64,000 bases of DNA from positions 2,784,001 to 2,848,000 of the forward strand of contig OZ252100.1 of NCBI GenBank assembly GCA_965248435.1, written 5' to 3'. A program made the position numbers and the translations under genes. The notes below the pieces were generated by a model that searched no databases, was not told where the DNA came from, and was given only the letters and a program-made list of their open reading frames with translations. This DNA comes from Candidatus Latescibacterota bacterium (GTDB lineage Bacteria > Latescibacterota > UBA2968 > GCA-2709665). Positions 19,818 to 29,266 of the stretch are shown piece by piece. Each line of letters begins with the position of its first letter. The first letter of the stretch is position 1.

Positions 19818-19832
19818 TGGCACGGCTATTGC
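19818..19832 (+). promoter_or_regulatory. Sigma54 -24/-12 promoter
   Basis: TGGCACGGCTATTGC, 78 bp before the 19910 ATG. Confidence 0.9.
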
Positions 19833-19909
19833 AAGTATAAGCCGGTGGAGGCCTTCTGAGATTCTTAGATGACAAAGACTTGAACCTGCAAGCAAAGAGG
19901 AGATAAACC

Positions 19910-20305
19910 ATGAAGCGCTTCCTTATTTCAATTCCAGTTGTTGCGCTTGCGGCGCTCTTCCTGACTGCGTGTAGTAACGGGGGAGGCGGCGTAATCGGGA
20001 GCGGTCCTGATGGGCAGCTTCAGACGTTTAGCACCACCGGCATTATTTCCAACGTCCCAGACGTGAGTGACCTGCCCCCCCAGGATGATCATTCTCCGAA
20101 CCTCGAAGGCGTGATCGTTCTCGCTTCCGCTGGATCTTTTGCCGTAACGGATGAGACCGATATCAGGGGCCTGAAGGGAGATCTGATTGGAATTGGAGAT
20201 CTCGAGGTCGGACAGAAGGTGGAGGTACAGTTCCACCGTCCCGGCGACGTCTCCCCAGGGACTGCTCAAAACACGGCATCGCGGATCCAGTTTGTGACGG
20301 ACTAA
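19910..20305 (+). CDS. Small lipoprotein, DUF5666-like OB-fold (paralog 1)
   Basis: RBS gaggag; lipobox LTAC; VTDETDI...DLEVGQKVEV. Confidence 0.8.
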   Translation: MKRFLISIPVVALAALFLTACSNGGGGVIGSGPDGQLQTFSTTGIISNVPDVSDLPPQDDHSPNLEGVIVLASAGSFAVTDETDIRGLKGDLIGIGDLEVGQKVEVQFHRPGDVSPGTAQNTASRIQFVTD

Positions 20306-20332
20306 AGGATTCTGACGTATTCTGAATGGGTT

Positions 20333-20363
20333 AGCGGCAGGCTCGGAAGAGTGTGCCGCTTTT
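20333..20363 (+). terminator. Rho-independent terminator (duplicated at 22395)
   Basis: agcggca-ggctcggaagagtg-tgccgct-ttt. Confidence 0.75.
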
Positions 20364-20546
20364 CCTTATCTGGAACACGCAAGCAGCATCTTACTTGAGA
20401 AGCGCTTTTAACATTAACACGATATCGTTAGTGAATCGATATATGGTTAATGACGCGATGCGCGATACCTTGAGTGACCATTTGGGTGTGAATGCAAACG
20501 ATTGATACACAATGTGTTAAAAGACACCATCCACAGGCAATACGTC

Positions 20547-20561
20547 TGGCACACGTATTGC
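20547..20561 (+). promoter_or_regulatory. Sigma54 -24/-12 promoter
   Basis: TGGCACACGTATTGC; an imperfect palindrome cattaacacgatatcg...cgatatatggttaatg (20412-20452) lies about 115 bp upstream. Confidence 0.9.
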
Positions 20562-20639
20562 ATTGTTTGAATAGGAAGGCCTTCTGAAAATTGGTGGTTT
20601 ACAAGAAGCCGAAATGTACAAACAAAGAGGAGATAGATC

Positions 20640-21056
20640 ATGAAACGCTATTTTTTTCCACTTCCAGTCGTCGCTCTGACGGGCCTCTTCATTGCAGGGT
20701 GTGGTGACTCGGGAGTTTCCGGCCTGACCGGGAGCGGTGCCGCTGGACAGGATGCGCAACTTACAACGAATTCAGTCACTGGGATTATTTCCAACGTCCC
20801 CACGGTGGACAATGTGAGTGACGTAGGACGCGGACACCTCGAGGGCGTGATCGTTCTCGATGATTCGCGATCTTTTGCAATAACGGACTTGACCGAGATC
20901 AGGGCCTTTGATGGAACCCTGATGCGTATTGAGGGACTCGAGGTTGGGCAGAATGTGGAGGTGCAGTTCGAAAGGGGTAATACCCGATTGAACGATGATG
21001 GCCCACTGCAGGTTGCTCAATCCACGGCAACAAATGTTCAGCTTGTTCAGGATTAA
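20640..21056 (+). CDS. Small lipoprotein, DUF5666-like (paralog 2)
   Basis: Lipobox IAGC; shares TGIISNVP, LEGVIVL, LEVGQ.VEVQF with the 19910 paralog. Confidence 0.8.
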   Translation: MKRYFFPLPVVALTGLFIAGCGDSGVSGLTGSGAAGQDAQLTTNSVTGIISNVPTVDNVSDVGRGHLEGVIVLDDSRSFAITDLTEIRAFDGTLMRIEGLEVGQNVEVQFERGNTRLNDDGPLQVAQSTATNVQLVQD

Positions 21057-21123
21057 AGACATCGAGGCCGATGCCAGGAGACGCTGCCGGGAACGTGCAC
21101 CGGCCTCTTTCGGAGACTTTACA

Positions 21124-22356
21124 ATGAGCCATCTACGTCATTCAATGATTCCTCTAGCCCTGAGCTTTGGACTTTGGTCGTGTGGTGGGGCCGGAAGCGG
21201 CCCCACCACACCGATGTCCGCGCCGGGTGGCGGTGGCTCGGACGGTGGAGGAAGCGCAGGAACCGGAGGGACGCCGGGACAGGGGCCGATCTTCGACGGT
21301 GGAAACTCCGCGGGGATTCGAGCAGTGATGGGCGGGAGCTCCACGAACTTTCCCTTCGACGAGGTCGTTAGCGGCGGCATAGGGCGGGATGCCATCCCAG
21401 CCCTGACTGATCCCCGGTTTGTGAACCTGAATTCTGGGGAGGCGAGCTACCTTTTCGACAATGACCTCGTGCTCGGCGTTGTCGTCAACGGAGAGGCGAA
21501 GGCATACCCGCACAATATCGGCTGGTGGAACGAGATCGTGAACGACGTTGTGGGGGGGCAGCCCGTTGTAGTCTCATTCTGCCCGCTCACCGGAACAGGT
21601 CTAGTGTTCGACGGGAGAGGGGGCGACGGAAGGCGGATCACCTGCGGCGTTTCCGGACAGCTTTTCAACAATAACCTGATCATGTTTGACAGGCGCGACA
21701 ATGATACGCTCTATCCCCAGATGATCTTCAGAGGAATCACCGGTCAGCGTACCGGGCAAGACTTAAGCCTGATGCCGGTGATCGAGACGACGTGGGGCTA
21801 CTGGAAGGAACTGTATCCGAACACAACGGTCGTCAGCGATAATACGGGCACCCCAAGAGACTACAGAAGTTATCCCTACATCTTTGGGTCGGGAGACTAC
21901 CGATTCTCCGAATTCCCTCCCCTCTTTTCCACTTCCCCGAGACGAGATCAAAACCCGACGGCCCAGCTTTTTGACTTCAAGGATCTCACACTGGGAGTCC
22001 GGTTCGATGAGCTCGCAAAGGCCTATCCCTTTCAGTCCATGGGAGAAGAGGCCGTCATCAATGACATCGTAGACAACACACCTATCGTGGTGGTTTGGTA
22101 CGAGGCCGAACAGATGGCTATCCCATACTTCCGGGAGATGGAATCAGGATCCGGTCCGCTCACGTTCGAGAAGGTGGCCTCATCCGATTCTCGATTTCCT
22201 TTCTACATGAAAGACAATGAAACCGGGACCACCTGGAACCTGAAAGGCGAAGCCATAGAGGGAGCGCTGAAAGGCAACCGGTTACAGCAAGTCCCCGCAC
22301 ACAATGCCTTCTGGTTCGCCTGGGCCACATTCTGGCAAAATACAGAACTATTCTAG
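21124..22356 (+). CDS. DUF3179 domain lipoprotein
   Basis: GGIGRDAIPAL, AKAYP...EIVND, FCPLTGT, SGQLFNNNLIMFDR, FWFAWATF. Confidence 0.9.
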   Translation: MSHLRHSMIPLALSFGLWSCGGAGSGPTTPMSAPGGGGSDGGGSAGTGGTPGQGPIFDGGNSAGIRAVMGGSSTNFPFDEVVSGGIGRDAIPALTDPRFVNLNSGEASYLFDNDLVLGVVVNGEAKAYPHNIGWWNEIVNDVVGGQPVVVSFCPLTGTGLVFDGRGGDGRRITCGVSGQLFNNNLIMFDRRDNDTLYPQMIFRGITGQRTGQDLSLMPVIETTWGYWKELYPNTTVVSDNTGTPRDYRSYPYIFGSGDYRFSEFPPLFSTSPRRDQNPTAQLFDFKDLTLGVRFDELAKAYPFQSMGEEAVINDIVDNTPIVVVWYEAEQMAIPYFREMESGSGPLTFEKVASSDSRFPFYMKDNETGTTWNLKGEAIEGALKGNRLQQVPAHNAFWFAWATFWQNTELF

Positions 22357-22394
22357 TCGTCCTCAGTTGTATCACTAAATCGATCAAGCAATGG

Positions 22395-22427
22395 AAGCGG
22401 CCTGCTCGGAAGAGTGTGCCGCTTTTT
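22395..22427 (+). terminator. Rho-independent terminator
   Basis: aagcggc...gccgctt-ttt, near-identical to the terminator at 20333. Confidence 0.75.
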
Positions 22428-22562
22428 CGTACCTGGTGGATCGAGATTTCGGCGTTTCGAAAGCAATTTTTTCGGTATTTGGTTTGATAATCTCCTTCTA
22501 AATCATATTATTGATGGTGTGCTTAACATACAGCCGGGATCTCAAAATCATGGGGCTGAAAT

Positions 22563-22670
22563 ATGAAAAACCAGCACCTAACAAAAGACAAGCTTATTGA
22601 TGAATTAACACAGCTGCGCCGACGCGTCGCCGAATTAGAACACTGGAAGCTGAACATAAGCAAGTAGAGG
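22563..22670 (+). pseudogene. Remnant of a PAS-sensor N-terminal coiled-coil leader
   Basis: MKNQHLTKDKLIDELTQLRRRVAELE, then a frameshift to LEAEHKQVE; closely matches the 32621 N-terminus. Confidence 0.7.
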
Positions 22671-22781
22671 CTTCGTGGGTGGCATCCAAGAGTTCGACTA
22701 CAACGGCCGCCCGGCCGTGAGCGCCCATCTGGGACCGAACGGGATAGGGCTACGAGCCAATCGTTTCACGAGGAGGGAACC

Positions 22782-23144
22782 ATGAGAATTAAAGAGGATA
22801 TCCGGGGCAACGTAGCCATTTTGACCGTGAGTGGATCCCTGATGAGCGGGCCGGAGGTGGCACCGTTTCATGACCATGTCAAGAGGCTGGCGAAGGATGG
22901 TATCACCTGGGTAGTGATCGATTTTTCGAAGGTGAAGTGGTTCGGGAGTTCAATGCTAGGGGTGCTGACAGCCAGCCTGACGACCCTTCTGAATGAGGGG
23001 GGTGATCTGCGGTTGACCGGGATTACCAAGAAGATCGACAGCATCCTGATGGTGACGCGGCTTGCCGGGATCTTCCGGACGTTCGATACGGTAGACCGGG
23101 CTTTGGCCAGCTTCGAGACGCAACCTCCAGAGGCTCGCCCATAA
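22782..23144 (+). CDS. STAS-domain anti-sigma-factor antagonist
   Basis: VVIDFSKVKWFGSSMLGVL, GGDLRL, ILMVTRL; RBS ggaggg. Confidence 0.9.
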   Translation: MRIKEDIRGNVAILTVSGSLMSGPEVAPFHDHVKRLAKDGITWVVIDFSKVKWFGSSMLGVLTASLTTLLNEGGDLRLTGITKKIDSILMVTRLAGIFRTFDTVDRALASFETQPPEARP

Positions 23145-23237
23145 TCAGAAAACACGAAGCGGTCCAATCGTCCGACGTGACTGGGACACTGGGTGCCTGG
23201 GCAGGCCCTCGAACCGACGGACCAAAGAGATGAGAGT

Positions 23238-24311
23238 ATGTGGAAACCGGTTCTGATCGTTGTAGCGACGGCCTTCCTGAGCCCTGGACTCGCTCACGGA
23301 GAGCCCCCTCCGCTGACACCTGGAGAGCGGGCAGGTCAGATCGACGACCTGAACCGACGGGCCTTCCAGGCCTTTCGAAACCGGAACTTTGTCGCAGCCG
23401 AGGCCTCGGCCCAACAGGCGTGGGATCTTTCTCGGGCTAAAGCCAGTATCGGCGCGGGTCTTGCTGCCACCAGCGTTGCAGCGGTTCTGACGATGCACGG
23501 CCGCTTCGAGGAGGCGCTGGACTTGCAGGAACTGGCAGAGCCCATCTTCGTACGGTCGGGGGATAGATCGCTACAGGGTCGCCTGGATGTTGCCCGGGCC
23601 GTGACCAACTTCCTCCTCGCCCAAAAGTATTCTGCAGCCGATGCGGAAGAATCCCTGGCCGGTCTTGAAAAGGCGGGGGAGCTGCTCGGTGCAGACGACA
23701 TGAGGATGTCCTATGTAAAGGCAGAAATCCTGGGCCGTTCCAACGACCCAAGCCGGCTGCAGGCTGGGTACTTGAAGCATATGAGGAAATGCGAGCAAAT
23801 GCGTGACAGTGCCGGTGTGGCGCTCTGTAAGATGGGCCTGGGCCGGATAGAAGGGGGATCGGGCGGATATCGGTCGGCCCTGAAATATTATACTGAGGCC
23901 CTGAGGGTTCTGCGCGCGACGAGGGACTCAATCGGTATCGGCCTGGCGCTTCACAACATCGGTCTGGCGAACCGGAAGCTGCAGCACTACCCGGAATCGG
24001 AGGCCTCCTTCCAGGAGGCACTTGCCCTGGCAAGTGCTCGGGGAGACCAGAGGATGACCGCGGAAATTCTCAACGCGATGATCGTGCTCTACATGAACAT
24101 GGGGGACGAGGTCCAGGCCCGAGACTGCAACCGGGAGGCGGAGGAGGTGTTGCAGGCCATTGCCGAGGATCTGAGGCAAGGGCGGCTAACGGATACAGTG
24201 CTGTTTGATTTTTTCGGGCTTCTCCAGATGCGGTATGCGAATCTACCGCCTTGCAATACAGACCTGTTTGTGGGGTTTTACGATCAGCTCGTGCTGGAAC
24301 CCCCGCAGTGA
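23238..24311 (+). CDS. Secreted TPR protein
   Basis: Signal peptide ending AHG; TPR-like helices (ALHNIGLANRKL...SFQEAL). Confidence 0.8.
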   Translation: MWKPVLIVVATAFLSPGLAHGEPPPLTPGERAGQIDDLNRRAFQAFRNRNFVAAEASAQQAWDLSRAKASIGAGLAATSVAAVLTMHGRFEEALDLQELAEPIFVRSGDRSLQGRLDVARAVTNFLLAQKYSAADAEESLAGLEKAGELLGADDMRMSYVKAEILGRSNDPSRLQAGYLKHMRKCEQMRDSAGVALCKMGLGRIEGGSGGYRSALKYYTEALRVLRATRDSIGIGLALHNIGLANRKLQHYPESEASFQEALALASARGDQRMTAEILNAMIVLYMNMGDEVQARDCNREAEEVLQAIAEDLRQGRLTDTVLFDFFGLLQMRYANLPPCNTDLFVGFYDQLVLEPPQ

Positions 24312-24323
24312 GGAGGTGAGGAG

Positions 24324-25133
24324 ATGCTTCTGTCGATTCCGGTCTTATGCGTCGTGCTCTCGGCCGCCGGCCCGGCGGCTGCACAGGTCGATGCCAACAC
24401 GATGTCCCGGAGGGCCAAGGAGGCGTTCTTGAAGCGAGCCCCGGTGGTTTCTATCAAGGAAGTCGGGCAAGGAGTAACGAAGCCGATGAAGGTGGTGCTG
24501 GACGATGGGAAGACCCGGATGAAGGCGATTTTCAAGGCTGTGGATTTGCGCATGAAAGGGCCGACAGAATTCGGGACGGAGACGGTGGAGGAGTACACCG
24601 ACAGCTATAAGTATGAAATTGCGGCCTATGAATTGGATAAGTTGATCGGCCTGGACATGCTGCCTGTGACTGTCGAACGAAAAATCGAAGGAAGGCGGGG
24701 TTCCCTAATGGAGTGGATCGAAGACGTGATGCCTCAATACGGCCACGGAACTCCCCCGCCTGATATGTCCAAAGTCAGAGACCAGGTCCAGACTTTCTGG
24801 CTCTTCGACTATCTGATTTACAACGTGGATCGGCACACGCAAAACGTGATCATCCGCTCGGGCTGGGTTCCGGCCCTGATCGACCATTCGATGACCTTTA
24901 CCACCTTTGAACGACCGTTTCGCCCGCTCTACCGGTTCCCTCGAGAAGTGATCAACCGACTCCGGGCGCTGGATAAGCGGACGCTAAAGAAGGCACTGGG
25001 ACGATATGTCAAACGCCATCAGCTCGAGGCCTTGATGCGGCGTCAGGAGATCATCTTGGAGATGGTGGACCGAGAGGTTGCCGAACGGGGAGAGGCAGAT
25101 GTATTCTTCTCGCTTGAAAACATTGGCAAGTAG
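24324..25133 (+). CDS. Secreted atypical kinase-like protein (PI3/PI4-kinase/HipA-like fold)
   Basis: Signal peptide; GVTKP, AIFK, EIAAYELDKLIGL, GSLMEW, FDYLIYNVDRH..N, LIDH. Confidence 0.75.
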   Translation: MLLSIPVLCVVLSAAGPAAAQVDANTMSRRAKEAFLKRAPVVSIKEVGQGVTKPMKVVLDDGKTRMKAIFKAVDLRMKGPTEFGTETVEEYTDSYKYEIAAYELDKLIGLDMLPVTVERKIEGRRGSLMEWIEDVMPQYGHGTPPPDMSKVRDQVQTFWLFDYLIYNVDRHTQNVIIRSGWVPALIDHSMTFTTFERPFRPLYRFPREVINRLRALDKRTLKKALGRYVKRHQLEALMRRQEIILEMVDREVAERGEADVFFSLENIGK

Positions 25134-25169
25134 AATCTTCTCTACTCCAACTCTTCAGCTCCCCGATTC

Positions 25170-25263
25170 TGGAGTAATGCAGTACTGGAGTGCTGGAGTA
25201 TTGGGAAAACCAGTATCTTGGCCTTGGGTTTCCATACTCCAATACTCCAGCACTCCAGCACTC
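25170..25263. repeat. Inverted octamer array (ggagtgct)n ... (agcactcc)n
   Basis: ggagtaatgcagtactggagtgctggagtattggga paired with tccatactccaatactccagcactccagcactc. Confidence 0.9.
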
Positions 25264-25294
25264 GCGTCCTTCCCCCATTAATTTTGACTAAATC

Positions 25295-27571
25295 ATGAGA
25301 AGATGCAGACAATGGATTGTGGCCATCGTCACCGTAACGATGTGGGGATGCGCCGAGGATGTCCGTATCCTGGACGGACCCCACGTGCTTCCTGAGGCGG
25401 CAGACCAGGTTGTTGTGACCTGGGAAACCGAACTGCCCGGAGACTCTTGGGTGGACTACGGACTCACAGACCGTTACGGCCTTCGGACCGGATCAGAGAC
25501 GCCTGTGCATTCGCATCGCGTGACGCTTTCAAACCTGCGTCTGGGGCGACGCTATTTCTACAAGGTCTCCTCCGCGGGCAGCCGGCGTGAAGGGACATTT
25601 ACCGCAGGCGTAGAATTCACTAAAGGACCCTATTCCCAGAACGTAACGCCCTCCGGAATCGTACTGATGTGGGAGATGGAACCAGCCGTTGACTCAAAGG
25701 TCGCATACGGGCCAATGGGCGCCCCGGCCGATACGGTGACGTCCGAAGGGCCTGAAGGGGTCCACGAGGTGAAGCTGACCGGGCTTCTACCCGGGACCCG
25801 CTATCGCTATCGGGCTTTTGCCGAGGGCCTGAGCACCCCGGAGGCCGTCTTCACTACGCCGGCACCGGCGGACACGGCATTCAGTTTCCTGCTGTATGGA
25901 GACAGCCGGAATAACCCGGAAGTGCACGGCGCCCTGGTCGCGCAAATGGTACGACATCCCGTCGACTTTGTGCTTCATTCAGGCGACTTTGTCTACGACG
26001 GCCTGGAGGAGGATCTGTGGGGTCCTGAGTTTTTTGATCCCGTTCACGCGCTCGCCCTGCGTGCACCCATTTATCCGGCACTGGGCAATCACGAACACGA
26101 TAGCCCGGCATACTATCGGTTCTTCTCCGTGCCCTCCAACGGATCGACCACAAGACCGGAAGCCTGGTATGCATTCGACTACAAGAACGCCCACTTCGTT
26201 GTCTTGGACACCAACCTGCCGTCGGGACGGTTTGCAGCCAGCACCGAACAACTCCACTGGCTGGAGCAGGATCTGAAGGCCACCGATGCTGAGTGGACGT
26301 TTGCTATGTTCCACCACCCGCTGTATAGCTCCGGCAGGCACAAGAGCGATCTGGCGCTGCGCAAGGCGCTGATGCCCCTATTCGAGCGATATGGGGTGGA
26401 CATGCTACTCACCGGACACGATCACCTGTATGAACGCACGTGGCCCCTCCTTCGGGGGGAACGCCGAGAGGACGGCATCATCCACGTTGTCAGCGGAGGC
26501 GGAGGCGCGACGCTCTACGCGGCGGGCCGGAGCCCCTGGACGGCAGTCTCCAAGAGTGCCTCCCATTACTGCGTGCTTCAGGTCTCGGGATCCAGGCTTG
26601 ACTTAGATGTCTTCGACATCGAGGGAAGCCAGATCGATGCGCTGACCGTTCATAAGGACCACACCGCCCTCGATCGGATGCTGGAGGCCGTGAAGGGGGA
26701 TGACCCGGCGCGGAGGCTGGAGGCCACGAAGGAGTTGGGGCGAACAGGCCGCCTGAAGGCAGCCCAGGCAATCGCCGCTCTGTCGGAGGCCGAGGAGGTT
26801 GAGATCCGCCGGGCGGTTGCCGAGGCCCTAGCACGGATCGGGAGTCAGAAGGGGCTAAAAGCGCTGCTGGCCCTCAGTGTCGAGGAAGATGTAGAGGTGA
26901 GAAGGTGGGCCTTGCGGGGACTGATCGATCTGGGAGGTCCTGAGGTTGCCGGGATCTGCTTGAATCGCTTGATGGATCCTGATCCCCAGGTAAGACGCAC
27001 GGCGGCCAAGGGGCTGCAGCGGAGCCCCTTCACAGGGGCCGTGTCAGCGCTCGTGAAAGCGGCCGATCAAGACGAAGACGCCGGCGTACGTTTGGAGGTC
27101 GTTCGGGCGCTTGAAGCGACCACAGGAAGCTCCTCGGAAAACGCCCTGATCGCGGCCCTGAGCGATTCAGATCCCCGCGTCAGGCACGCGGCCTTCGATG
27201 GAGTGCTACAAAGAGGGCTGGTGCGTCAGGCAGTGCCGGCGCTGATTGACCTGCTGGATCGGGAGGACACCCGGATGCGTCGAGAGATCATCCACGCCCT
27301 GGGTGAGGTCAGGGATCGGAGGGCGCTATCCGGCCTCACCCAAAGTCTGAAAGATGACGATGCGGCCACCCGGAGGGCTGCGGCGATCGCTCTTGGGAAG
27401 TTGATGGATACCGGAGCGACAGAGGCCCTTATCGGGGCCCTGGAAGACCCCGACAGTCGGGTTCAGACCACGGTGATGCGTGCCCTGGGGGTAATTACTC
27501 GTGAGGTTCACGGCAGCAACCCCAGGGCGTGGAAGCGATGGTGGCGGCAGCATAGGACCGCTCCGCGGTGA
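25295..27571 (+). CDS. Purple-acid-phosphatase-type metallophosphoesterase with two FN3-like domains and C-terminal HEAT repeats; probable lipoprotein
   Basis: YGDSR, HSGDFV, LGNHE, FHHP, TGHDHLYER; HEAT repeats D.D..VR..A..AL. Confidence 0.9.
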   Translation: MRRCRQWIVAIVTVTMWGCAEDVRILDGPHVLPEAADQVVVTWETELPGDSWVDYGLTDRYGLRTGSETPVHSHRVTLSNLRLGRRYFYKVSSAGSRREGTFTAGVEFTKGPYSQNVTPSGIVLMWEMEPAVDSKVAYGPMGAPADTVTSEGPEGVHEVKLTGLLPGTRYRYRAFAEGLSTPEAVFTTPAPADTAFSFLLYGDSRNNPEVHGALVAQMVRHPVDFVLHSGDFVYDGLEEDLWGPEFFDPVHALALRAPIYPALGNHEHDSPAYYRFFSVPSNGSTTRPEAWYAFDYKNAHFVVLDTNLPSGRFAASTEQLHWLEQDLKATDAEWTFAMFHHPLYSSGRHKSDLALRKALMPLFERYGVDMLLTGHDHLYERTWPLLRGERREDGIIHVVSGGGGATLYAAGRSPWTAVSKSASHYCVLQVSGSRLDLDVFDIEGSQIDALTVHKDHTALDRMLEAVKGDDPARRLEATKELGRTGRLKAAQAIAALSEAEEVEIRRAVAEALARIGSQKGLKALLALSVEEDVEVRRWALRGLIDLGGPEVAGICLNRLMDPDPQVRRTAAKGLQRSPFTGAVSALVKAADQDEDAGVRLEVVRALEATTGSSSENALIAALSDSDPRVRHAAFDGVLQRGLVRQAVPALIDLLDREDTRMRREIIHALGEVRDRRALSGLTQSLKDDDAATRRAAAIALGKLMDTGATEALIGALEDPDSRVQTTVMRALGVITREVHGSNPRAWKRWWRQHRTAPR

Positions 27572-27750
27572 GAATCGGATTTTCCCATCTTTAAAAATTT
27601 CCTGTGGCGTTGAATAGGGTTTCTACAGTGCGCTATATTCAAATCACGCGGTAGGGGTCTTGAGCGCTCCGCTCCTGAGAGAGCACTGATGGAAGGCCGA
27701 ATCAATATCTGGATAGTTACAGCATTCTGAGTCCTCAGGACGACTGCGGT

Positions 27751-28148
27751 ATGAAAAACCCGCGCAAGACAAAAGAGCAGCACATAGATGAATTGGCAGT
27801 AAGACGACAACAGATTGCTGAATTGGAAGCATCTGAAGCCGAACGCAAGCGAACGGAGGAGACGCTGTGCCAGGGCGAGGAAGGTTTCCGAAAGATATTT
27901 GATTATTCCAACGATGCGATATTCATCGTTGATCCAACGCGGGATGAAATCCTCAACCCTAGAGCCTGTCGCATGCTGGGATATTCTCGCGAAGAATCAT
28001 TGTCCCTGCCGCTATCTGCCATTCATCCATATGGATACCCAAGCTACATGCATTTGCACGAATCAGTTTTTGAAGAGGGAAAAGGGGGACAAAACCAACG
28101 ACCTTGGAGGCCAGGATGAAAAGACTGGGGTTCAAGCGTAAGAGATGA
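27751..28148 (+). pseudogene. Internally deleted paralog of the 11190 PAS-bEBP
   Basis: KIFDYSNDAIFIVDP...[11 protein letters not shown]...SAIHP...SVFEEGKG joins directly to KPTTLEARMKRLGFKRKR*; about 1.5 kb including the AAA+ domain is missing. Confidence 0.9.
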
Positions 28149-28285
28149 GAATTCACAGTATCTTGCGAGTCCCCAAAATACTGGGATTCCCTTAGACCTC
28201 TGGGGTCTCGGATACACTGAGTTGACTTCCACATAAGTTACATTTTTTCAACCACTTGAGAATTTTTAAGGTGGTTTTTTGTTTT

Positions 28286-28300
28286 TGGTATAAGACTTGC
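28286..28300 (+). promoter_or_regulatory. Sigma54 promoter (cassette copy 2)
   Basis: TGGTATAAGACTTGC preceded by an aaccac..gtggtt hairpin and the palindrome at 28153-28186. Confidence 0.8.
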
Positions 28301-28566
28301 AATATGTCTGAGCAGAACGAAAGAGAGTAGAATGAAAAACCATGGGAGATGGAAAGATGAAAGGGGATGCCGAGATGATCCCCAAGGGAACGCTGCGAAA
28401 ACGGTCTTTTAGTGATTTGAGACGGATGTTCGATTTTTTGCTCCTATATACCGGCCGTAGCAAAGAGAAGCAGGAGAGAGGAGCGTTAGTGGATACGATT
28501 CAACGCGAACTCTTCCGTGCTCAACAATTCATCCTTTAAGGGTTATTTTAGGCCTGGATCTCATCT

Positions 28567-28711
28567 ATGAAAGAAAAATACAGTTCACACGATCCTGACA
28601 GATGCGAACTTGCAGAGGGAAGTCGTTGAAAATCCAGAGCCTTTTCTTGTGGCGTATGGAGCTGATTGGTACAGACCCTGCCACATTATGGCCCGAATAA
28701 GGAACATGTGA
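28567..28711 (+). pseudogene. Degenerate thioredoxin fragment
   Basis: After a frameshift in an A-run: NTVHTILTDANLQREVVENPEPFLVAYGADWYRPCHIMA; WCGPC has become WYRPC. Confidence 0.85.
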
Positions 28712-29266
28712 TTTGTCAAAAATAGAACTGGAAATGCGTGAGCAAGCGATTTCAAACGAGCCCTTGCCAGACGAATTAGAACCGAGTGCGTACATGCGTA
28801 TGCTGCATGACGCATGGCATGTCTATATGAGGAGTGTGAGCAATGAAAACGAGAAAGTAAATTGAAACACTTGTGAGCGATCATCTATTCGCATTCGACG
28901 CAAAACGAACATGGCCATGTTGTCATTGGCCGGGCGGAAACGTTTGCAGATTTTGAAGCGTTATCAAGGATTTCAAACGCGTGTGTGTTTAGGGTTGGCC
29001 GTTTAAGTTTGACGGCTATAGCAAGAGGATTACATGCTATGAAGAATAACACATTTTACATTGGACAAGCGGTTAAGCCCCGTCCGGAAGTGAGAAGTGA
29101 AGTGACGCTGCTTGTAGTGCTTGCGATTGTAGTGATTTCGTATCTTTTCATATAAGAGGACGTGCGACACGGGGAAAGTTTGCGTAACGGAAGATGCAAC
29201 TGAACAAAGTAAAGCAAGATACAGAGCGTATATAGGCACTCTGCCTAAACAAGAAGGAGGTAACAC

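Noticed and set aside
28342-28539. 65-aa ORF after the copy-2 sigma54 promoter
   Set aside because: Plausible position, but no recognisable motif and it lies in a decayed region; not supportable as a gene without homologs.
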